Shown: positions 53,495 through 64,000 of the stretch, in pieces | How the letters are laid out: each line of letters opens with the position of its first letter | Position numbering within the stretch: position 1 is the first letter of the stretch | Assembly (NCBI GenBank): GCA_964016885.1 | Contig: OZ024751.1 | Span: 52,018,001-52,082,000 of the forward strand | DNA from: Eledone cirrhosa | Taxonomy: Eukaryota | Reading direction: 5' to 3' | Length of the DNA: 64,000 nt | The notes under the pieces: model-generated | Databases searched by the model: none | What the model saw: the letters and a program-made list of their open reading frames with translations, nothing else | What the model was told of the DNA's origin: nothing | Position numbers and translations under genes: made by a program

Positions 53495-53682
53495 ATGTAA
53501 TCTGAGTTTTTCGAATATTAATAATAACATTCGATTCGTTTGCAATTATCCAAACAAGCCTCAATTTTATAGCCATGTCAGTAGAATGAATACTTCATTC
53601 TTGCTCTGACATGGCTATAAAATTGAGGCGTGTTTGCATAATTGCAAACGAATCGAATGTTATTATTAATATCAGATTACAT
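53495..53682. repeat. ~85-bp-arm inverted repeat starting in a TA tract
   Basis: atattaataataacattcg...gccatgtcag pairs with ctgacatggc...ttattattaatat. Confidence 0.85.
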
Positions 53683-56600
53683 TTATTGTATTCAGCCATG
53701 TAGAGCGAAATTTTCTTTTTTACATACACACACACACACATAAATAAATATATATATATATATATGCTTGCGAAAAGTAAACGAAAAAACCACGCAGGAG
53801 AACAATACAGTACGCTAATAATCTATATTAGTTTAACGCCTGATACAGTACAAACAATGCTCTTCTACACTTCCTTTTACGTTATCTTCTTTTTAATGGG
53901 ATTCGTATTTTAGAAAGATTGATAGATAGTGTGTGTGTGTTAATATAATGTTAGAGATAGTTAATATTTGTATAACGGCAGTGTACACCAACTGGTGTGT
54001 TAACTTGTCGAACCCCAACGACTAGGAAGGGATTTTGGGGCTCTATTGTACCATGATAATTAGGGTCGTATCAACCTATGGTCGGGCTCCTAGTCTTCCA
54101 TGTATATCGTGGCGCTTTCTGGTACTTCAATCTTTCACTCTCTCTAGAGCTGGGCCCATACTCCTTGTAGCGCCCCCAAGGCTTTATGAAAAATTCGGCA
54201 GTGTCACGACGAGGAGTGTCCCAGTTGCTTGAACAACGAACAGCCTGCTCATGAAATTAACGTGTAAGTGGCTGGGCATTCCACAGACAGGTGTGCACTC
54301 TTGACGTAGTTATCAGTGAAATTCAGCGTGACACACAATAATATTGCATTGATGCTAATACCCATTGCATTTTCTTTTTATAGATCGTTAGTTGATTTGA
54401 TCAATCGATCCCAGCACCTCACTGCACCGTACTTTATTTTTACCGGGTCAGTTATATATCTGGAAAAAATACCACAAAGTAATTTTGTCCGACACTCTAA
54501 CGATTCTGCTATTTCAGAGCCTTTTTTCATCCTCTTACTATGTTATTTAATATCATAGACATAGTTTATTTCCAATCCAAGCTTTGTAAGCTTCCTTCTT
54601 TGCTTGGATGGCATCTTTAAACTCCTGATTGAATTAATCGGGCAAAACCAACCAACAGGAAATCCGGAGGTAGGCCCCGAGTAAGATGGTTGGATAACAT
54701 CCCTGCATTCAGCTGGTCTCTCTTGTGGATACAACTGGGTCAATTGGAGTCTGTTGTTTCTGACAGGACTCATTGTAAGGCATGCTTGAGGACTCTGCCC
54801 TGCAATAAATGGGTGAAGAAGAAGACAGTTTATTATTTATTAATGAATTGTCATGCAGCAATTATTTATCACTGGACTGATAATAACTCTTGGTTTTGAT
54901 TCTCAGCTGGAGTTGCTTTGACTTTCTGTTTGATGGGTTTTAATAACCAAGGCATAGTCCTATTTGAAGGTTCCATTAAACACATACAATAGAATGAAAT
55001 TAGTTTATATATATAATGCTGTTTCATGTGGCACAGAACGTTAAATGTTAAAATGTGTGCAAACTTCTACATTTACATATTATTAGATTAAAATTGACAA
55101 TTGATATTGTTTTGTGAAAGTATGTTGCCTTGTGGTTTGGGTGTTGGACTGATGATCATAAGGTCATACATAGGTTTGACTAATGAATTGGGCAGTGCGT
55201 TATATTCTCGAGGCAGATGTTTCATTTCACATTGCTTTTTGTGTTAGGACTGGAGCCCTTATCATTAAAACGCCCAAGAAACTTCCTATGAGATATGTAG
55301 GAGGCCAGCTAAATCTACACAGGTGTGAGCTGTTAATTTCAATTTTTCATTGATGTTTAGGCTTAGGTCATCTGATTAACCAGACCTATGATCAAAAGCA
55401 TTTAGCTATAGCCATCCCATCTTGTTAGGGATACAATGACTACATTATCTCATGCGTTTGCCTTATTTAGACAGTAATGTGCAATTTGATGGGCATTTAG
55501 CTGCTATTTGTAGCAGACTGTGCAACCACTTAGAAGATCCTTCATTGGACAATTGATATTGTTCCTAAGGCTAAATTCTCAATGAATGGAACCTGTGTTA
55601 GCCAGAGAAACTGAGACAGTATTATATATTTTTGTCCTGGATAGATACCATAATGGGCTGTAAGTTCAGCTTTGTAGCTACTAGAAGTAAAAAAAAAAAA
55701 TACAATGGATAAAGGTAGAGCAAAACTGGCCTACTCCTCATCACCATTATCTGTTTTGATCTTCCTTTTTGTGTTGATATGATGTTCTGTAGGTAGTGAA
55801 TTAGCAGAATTGTTAGAACATCATATAGAATGCTTTGCGGTATTCATTCCAGCTCTGCACTCTCAGTTCAAATCCCACCGAGGTCAACTTTATCCTTTTG
55901 AAGTCTAAAAAGGACCAGTTCAGTATAGAGGTCGAATTTTCCCCTGTATCCCTTTTTTACTTTCTCTCTATCCTTTCCTCTCCTTTTCTAGAAAAAAATA
56001 GGTTGTGTTCTGACCTGGAGAAGGAATGGCTCCACCAGGTTTAAAATGCCCACGGTACAGTGTATGTCTCGACAGCGCCTCTGCGACTACATCAAGAATT
56101 ACAGATCCATACATACATGATGTATAAAATAATCTGTTGAGGATTGGCTTTGTTAACTAGTCAGTCTTTCTATTGTTAATTTATATGTTTTCTGGCGTTA
56201 TGCCACACCTACCTCACACCCTGACACTTCAGCCTCTCTCTACCATCTACTAGCTGATATCACTTCACTATTTCCATCACATGTCCTCTCATTACATTTT
56301 GTTTATACACCACCACACAAAATCTCTCTATCTTGCTAGATGTCTTTACATTCTCTTGACATTTATGACATACATACAATGGATCAGCTAATTATATAAT
56401 ATATATATATAATCATCATCACCACTGCTTAACGACCATTTTTCATGCTTGCACAGGTTAGATGGTAGTCTTGTGCTGAGGCCAAACTGGTCAGGTGACC
56501 TAAGTCTTGCTCATACACTTTGTTTTGGTTTGTTTTCTATGGCTAGGATGCTCTTCCTAATACCAACCACTTTACAGCTTGTACTGGGAGCATGGTTTCT

Positions 56601-59600
56601 ATGGCTGGATGCATATATATATACATATATTACTGGTTTCAATGGACTGCAGCCATGTTTTGCGGTATTCATTTTAGTTCTCTATGGCTCTCCAAGTTTA
56701 AACCCTGCAGCGGTCAACTTTACCTTTCTTCCATTTGAATATATATGTTTGTATATGTATATATAGCTAATTTTTATTGAATTGAAAAGTAGGTCTCTTT
56801 AGAATTATCAGCAGCACCATAATTGTTTAAACTTTAATGGTTCAATATTAAGACTTTTGACTTCATTAGTCTGATAGTCTCTGAAATGAAGACTTTTCTT
56901 TTATATTATCTTTCTATTCAAAGGGCACCACAATTTATATAGTTGTTGTGTTATAATAAAATATCGATCGTTGTTTCCATTATATCCATAAACCTAGATA
57001 ATTATGGTATGTGTATTGCTCATGTTTGTCAATACTTTGTTTAGGTGATGTTTGAGTTGATTATTCATTTAGGTATTAGGAATTGAATACAGCAAACATT
57101 ATATATACTTAGAACTAAATACAGATGTTTTAAGGCCTCCACAAAAGCAATGGTTAGCCATTCAGGGCTGCCATAACAAGATTTATACTCATTGGCTCCT
57201 TTTTGAGGCAGTGTTTTATGTCCAACTACCCTTCCTGGCACCAACTATTTTAGTTACCTCTTATGATACATAGAGATAAGGTGTACCTATTCTTCTAAAC
57301 TGGTTTTGAACATGTTACTTGTTAAGTGTTGTATAATTGTCATTCCACCAGACTGAACTGTTGGTTCTATGGTGCATATCTGAGATGTGTAATTCTGACA
57401 TAACCTACTTGGTATGATGTAATAAAGGCCTGATATTTCAGAGTTGAAATTACTTATATTTTTGCTTTCTTTTTATTTGCTCTCTCTTGTTTTTTTTTTA
57501 CTGTTTCGTACGTGAGGAAAGGACAGTGCCGCTGAAATTCTTTTTGGGTCTCTGTGACTGGGGAGAGAGAGAGGGAGGGAAGGAAGGTGAAATCCTCAAA
57601 ACCTGGTCCTAATGCTTACAACAGGATGAACTCTGCTAAAGACCCTCATGGGCCAGTTGGTAGTGATAAATTGGGTGACAGATGAAGTCTACTACTCATA
57701 TAGACCACAATAGAATTTAAACTCTGAGCACAAAGAGCCAGAACAGATTTGGCAAGACAGCTTTTCCAATACACCAACAATTCTACAAATCCACTCACCC
57801 TTAACCATTTAGCATTTAAACCAGCCATAGCCGTCCAAAATTTTCTCACCTCTTTCTGTTCAAACCAACTGTAACTGGCCACTCATACTGATGTTAAGGT
57901 ATTGTTCTCAACATAAATAATACCAAAATATCATAGATTCAATATTATGTAAATATAGAGTAATATAAATGCTAAAGGGTTAACTGGTACTTTATTTTAT
58001 CTACCCTGAAAAGAAGATATGCAAAATTGATATCTGCACAATTTGAATTCAGAGTACAGAGAGCTGAAATAAATACCAAAAGGTATTTTGTTCTACATTC
58101 TATCAACCATGCTAATTCACCATTTATCAGTTGTTGCTTGTGTGAGAAAAGCTGTGGCATTGTGGAATATGTGTTAGTAAGTTATTAACAGATCATTTAA
58201 TTTCACCTAGTTGTATCAGACGATAGCTGTAGTAGTAAAGATTTACAATTAAGCCATTTTTGTTGTTGTTATTAGCTTTAAATTATTACAGTTGACAGGA
58301 AATTACTGTGATTAACAAAATGTGGAGAGAATAATTTTACAGACTTGATTCTCAGCAGTTTAGCCAAACACTGAAGAAAATTGAAAAATAGATATGAAAA
58401 TGAATCATTGATGTTAATGATGAAATAAGCAGTTAACACATTAAAACAACATATTTAACCATTTCCTTAGCATACTTCTAATGAACAATACTGCTATGAT
58501 TTACAAATATTCTTGAAAATAATTAAGAATTTGGAAGCATTTCATAATATATCTAACTTTTCATTTTTAACCCTTAACATTCTGTAGTGATTTAGCAGAA
58601 AATATATAAAAATGGATTTATTAATTCTAATGTTTATATAGTATCTTTACTAGTGGACAAATCGTTGTGAAAATTTGCAGTAAACTAATTTTTAATGTGA
58701 TACAGTCATAGTGCCATTGTGTACTTTTTAAACATGTCTTGTTAATGTGGTACAGGAAATTAAAAGTTAGGTCCTTGCTTGGAATATAGCTTAAGAAAAG
58801 TTCTTACAAAAAATTTTTATGGGCAGGATACAAACCATTGATCCAATTACTGGCATGTTAACACCTTTTCATATCATCTGGAATAGTAGACCTAATATTG
58901 ACTACCTGGTCTGTCCTAGGTTAATACCTAACAACACCTGGAGTGGTTGACCTATTATAGACTACCTAGCCTGTCCTAGGTCACAACACCTTCAGTTGTA
59001 AACCTAATATACTCATCATCTATAAAACATTACCTCAAAAAATCCCGTCCAACTCATGCCAGCATGGAAAACTGGACATTAAAAACGATGATGTTGTTGT
59101 TTAGTTTCAGTTCAACCTTGAGTGAGCAGGCCTGTGATCAAAAGCTTTCCAACTATGACCACCCTGTCTTCTTTTCAGGAACAATACACCTAAGACTATA
59201 TTATTCACTGTTCTGTCTCTTTTCTATTTTTCTAAGCTGGTAGGAAATGATTCAAGGGAGATTTGATTTCAATCTCTAGCAGGTTGAATGACCACTCCGA
59301 GACTGATTGGCTGAAGTTTTCTTTTTAGTATTATATATAGAGTTAGCTGATTTAATGTGTTTGATAAGAAAGATTTAAAGTAGATTTTTAGTGGCAAGCA
59401 GTACTAAATTACTTATTTTATATTTCTCTGGAAAATCTTTTTTGTTTCAAATAACATTGACCATGTAATTTGAGAATGTAGAGATGACAATTGAAAGTTG
59501 TTTTTCAAAACCAATATCTGCTCAAAAATAACCCCTATAACACACACACAAAGTTAGTCCTTTTGATAGTAACCTAACCAAAACCACCTCTGGTTCTATG

Positions 59601-60597
59601 AAACAAAACCACTCGTTTTAAATTAACATATTCCAACATAATTTTATGGAACTATATGTTCAGTTACTATTTTAGTAATGAACTAATTAATTTTATAGAA
59701 AATCCCTCAAAGTTAATTAATTAATTGAAATAGAGTGTATTTTGTGAGAAATACAGTCACAAAAGGGTTAAAATCTGTCTCAAGGACAGAATCTCATCAG
59801 GCCAGAGCTTATCCTTGTTTTCTTGGCAGACCTAACCCCCAAAGATGCTGCTGTCAATACTCAATTCTTTTCAGCTGAGTGGACTGGAGTAATGTGAAAT
59901 GAAGTGTCTTGCTCAAGGATGCAACACATCCCTGGTCTGACAATAGAACCCACAACCTCATGATCAATAGCCACACACCCTAACCACTAGGCTATATACC
60001 TTCACAAAACATTACCCAAAACCCCCACTGAACATCTTGACTTTGATGCCGATGAATTTCAAGAATCACTTCTGTTAAAAGTAATGTATATTATGTAATT
60101 CATTGAACAATATATATTACTACACATTCTCTTATTAACATGGCAGAAAAGAATTTAGCAGTTTCTCATTTTACAGTTGGGTGGTTGGTATTTAGGAAAA
60201 TGTTTTGTTTCTAACTAAACTATCGTCTACTTGAGAAAAATCATACACAAATTTTTTTTTATTCCTACCTTCTTTCACTTTGACAACTTCTTGTTAAAAA
60301 GCCAACAAGGAAGACTTAAGTAGTTGTTCTACTTTATAGAAATAGCGGTCAAATCAGAGAGGATGGCCACATTGATACACTAGATACACTGTGTTAAAAA
60401 AAAGTTTATATCAGGTTGAGTGACCACATAGGGGCCTCCCATCTTTCCACGAGTAATAGCTACTCACAAGGTGCCATGATAAAAGCATCTAGTCTAACAT
60501 GTCAGGTGGTAGTAGTGGGGCCATGAGAAAATGAAGCAGGTACATGCAGTGAAGTGGTTGGCATTAAGAAGAGCATCCAGCTGTAGAAACCTTACCA

Positions 60598-60845
60598 GAT
60601 GGCCTAAAGCACAATGAATTTGAAGTGCAGGTGAGGGCCCACCAGGGATCAGTCTTCAGTCCACACCCGTTTATCATTGTGCTTTAGGCCATCAATGAGG
60701 AGTTTAAAACTGGCACTCCATGGGTGCTCCTATTTGCTCATAACCTAGTCCTCATAGCTGAATCTGTGTAGGAGTTAGAAGCAAAATTTCAAGCATGGAA
60801 GAAGAACCTAGAGTTGAGGGACCTAAAAGGAAATTTAGCAAAGAT
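60598..60845 (+). mobile_element. Degraded RTE RT-core fragment with an inverted 20-bp 5' cap
   Basis: HQGSVFSP..FIIVL..PW.LLFA-like translation; 60598-60617 is the reverse complement of 60674-60693. Confidence 0.7.
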
Positions 60846-61295
60846 GTGTGGTATCATGTGCAAGTGTCTTTACCATAACCTCTGGTCAACCAAGATCTTG
60901 TGAATGAAACTGGGTAATCAGAAAATGTGCAGAAGCCTATTGAAAGGATATTACCTGTAATTCCAAAGTCCAGCCTTGTCATATATTGTGTCATACTGAT
61001 TCAGTTTTGGAATTACACTAAGGGTACACATGTCTGTGGAATACTCAACCACTTAGAAGTTAATTCACAAGTTGGATAATCAGTTGATTAAATAGCTGGA
61101 AACCAACTGAGGATCCATCAATCATTATTAATGTTGCTAATTCAGTAATGATAGATTTTATCATAATCAATATCATTATTAATGTTCAGTTATTTGCTTT
61201 CTCTGCTTATTTTGAATAAGCAGTAAATCGGATTGGACAGAATTTAGAGAATCATACTAATTTTGGTTTAGATTGCAATGGTGTGTGTGTGTATG

Positions 61296-61344
<49 letters not shown>

Positions 61345-62354
61345 TTTGTGTGTGTGTGTATATATAGATACACACATACACATGCACGCATATGTATGTG
61401 TGTATGTATATATATCCACCTCAATTTCCACCCAGATGATAGATTTTGAAAATTTGCAGTGAAAGCCTACATTTAACTGTCTTAGCAAACAAACAATCCT
61501 CTTTTCTCTCCCCCTCTGTCTTTCCCTTCTCTTTCTCCCTCTTTCCTCTTTCTCTTCTCTCCCCTCTTTCTCTTCTCTCCCAGACACATACACAACTCAG
61601 AGAAACTAATCTGACTCCATAATGGAAATCTTGCTATCAAGTTCCATAGAAACTGTTTGCTTTAAGAATATATCCAGGCAGCATGGCCAACCTGTTTATC
61701 TAAGCACAAATGAAGGCAACAAATAAATTAACATTCATTACATCTAGGTTTCTTCTTCACTCTTTGAAAGCTATCATAGGATTTGATATATTTGATATAT
61801 TCAGACACTTGCTGATTCTTTGATTATTGCAATAGATTTATTTTATAGTCAGTTTTACTTCCATGATATGTATGTATATGTATGGAACTGTAACTTCTGA
61901 TGTAGACACGCTATAGTAGCATGCAGTGTGTCATGGGCATTTTAAACTGGGTGGAGTCCATCCTTCTTCAGATCTAAACGCAGTTGATTTCTTCAGGAGA
62001 AAAAGCATGAGAATGAGAGAAGTGAGGAAAAAAAAATTGAGGGAAAACCACCCCAGACTGGTACTTTTTTCGACCTCATGATGAAAGGGAAAGTTGACCT
62101 CAGTGGGATTTGAATTGAGAGAATTGGAACGAATACCGCAAGCACTCCCTCTGACATTCTAAAGACTTTGCCATTTCACCCTCACCATGATACCAGAACA
62201 TGATAAACACCAGCTTTCCACTTACAAACTGAAGTCAGTTGTTAGAGCATCATCAGATAAAAAGATAAAATATAAAACATTACATAACGCAAAGCATACA
62301 CTCTGCCATTCAGTATTGTTTCCAGCCTTTGTTTCCTATCATCATCTCTCCTCC

Positions 62355-62417
<63 letters not shown>

Positions 62418-62433
62418 CATAACTATCTCTCTC

Positions 62434-62488
<55 letters not shown>

Positions 62489-62594
62489 TGTGCGTATATA
62501 TATAAAACCCTGTGCAGGCATAGAAAATAAACGTTAAATGGTGGTGATGATGATATATACATCTATACATATACATGTATATACACATATACAC

Positions 62595-62648
<54 letters not shown>

Positions 62649-63532
62649 CTGCCTTTCTCTTCCTGGTTTATTGTTTCATCTCTGTGGAAGATATACTGGA
62701 TGCTGTCAAACTTAAACCTGTACTTTGAACATTGTCAGGTTGACCTATGTAATTCTAGTCACTTCCCACCGTCCACTACCAGACACTAAACTGCTAACAA
62801 TAACAACAGCAACAACAGTAGCAGCAGCCTTTGTAGTTTATTCTTCATAGTAAATTATTGTTATTGTTTTCTGTTCTCCCATATTCCTGATCATTTCCAG
62901 TTTAATATATTATGCATCATCATCATCATCATCACCACCACCACTACCTTAATATCAATTTTATGCTCTATATTCCCAAACTGCCATAATCAAGTTATAT
63001 GTCATATATGTATGTACATGAGTGTGTGAATGTTTTTACTTTTGACATTTATGATATAAAAGTGGACCTGTACTGTCAATAATGATGGCAAAAGCATTAA
63101 GTATATTTAATTTGTGGTTTCTGAGATTAATATGACATACATACCAGGGTTAATGGATATATGAATAATAATACAATTTGGGAAATCTGTGTTTTGATAA
63201 ATTAGTCGTTTGCATAAGAGAACTGTGATAGTTGATTTCTGACTCGTGGAAATGATTAAAGATAAAAATGTATGAGTAACTAACTCTTGGAGAAAGAACT
63301 ATTTACAAGGAGGCAAATGTAGGGTTTGAACCCAGAACATTGTGATTGGAAAATGAACTTATTATTATATAACTGAGATAGGAAATGTATTGAGTGTATG
63401 TGAGTGTTTGTGTGTGTGTAAATTTTAAAAAGTTACAAAAGGAAATAGATTTATATATATATATATATACTAACACGTGTATTATTTTGGTTGATATACA
63501 TACACATAAAATATGTGCATGTGTGTGTATAG

Positions 63533-63809
63533 ATCATCATCATCATCATCATTTCATTTTACGTCCGCTTTTTCCCTGCTTGCAAGGGTGGGACGGGAAC
63601 TGATGCTGGCTTGATTTCTACAGCTGGATGCCCTTCCTAACACCAACCTCATTTACAGTGAGTGCTGGGTGCTTTTTTGCTGTGGCACCTCCACGACCAC
63701 TTTGCAGTGGAATGATAGGGACCCCAGTCCCTATCATCTCATTTCTACAGCTGAATAAACTGGAGCAATGTGAAATAAAGTGTCTTGCTCAAGGAAACAA
63801 CACATCACA
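63533..63809 (-). mobile_element. Same SINE family, head lost at a TA tract
   Basis: Near identity to 16507-16778. Confidence 0.85.
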
Positions 63810-64000
63810 TATATATATATATACACATATATATATATATATACACATATATATATGTATATATATATATATGTGATGTGTTGTTTCCTTGAGAAACATA
63901 TATATATATACACATATATATATATATATATAAATCAGGAAAGAAGAGTGACACTGTTTGCTATACAAAAAAGGTTTTTAATCTCATTGCTGACAATTGT

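Overview
AT-rich, microsatellite-saturated animal genomic DNA. The repeat repertoire resembles octopus/cephalopod sequence (inference). Almost all short ORFs are artefacts of (TA)n, (CA)n or (GAT)n repeats. Real content: (1) a nearly complete two-ORF APE+RT LINE on the minus strand (~27041-30961), whose ATG-less ORF2 is reachable by a -1 shift at G_GGA_AAC_TAA at the end of ORF1; (2) many RTE-clade LINE 3' fragments and tRNA-derived SINEs; (3) two remnants of RLE (CRE-like) retroelements, a Tc1/mariner remnant and a MITE; (4) candidate promoters and exons of two divergently oriented host genes. The most striking signal is a set of sequence-diverse, short non-coding elements sitting in (TA)n tracts. 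Many carry minimal type-I hammerhead ribozyme folds with compensatory base changes, including a U3-A8 core variant. Most have a 5' fold-back inversion whose junction lies in or near the ribozyme, and most share a GAGT(A/G)CT motif near the 3' end. These are most likely Penelope-like element termini or non-autonomous retrozyme-like elements.
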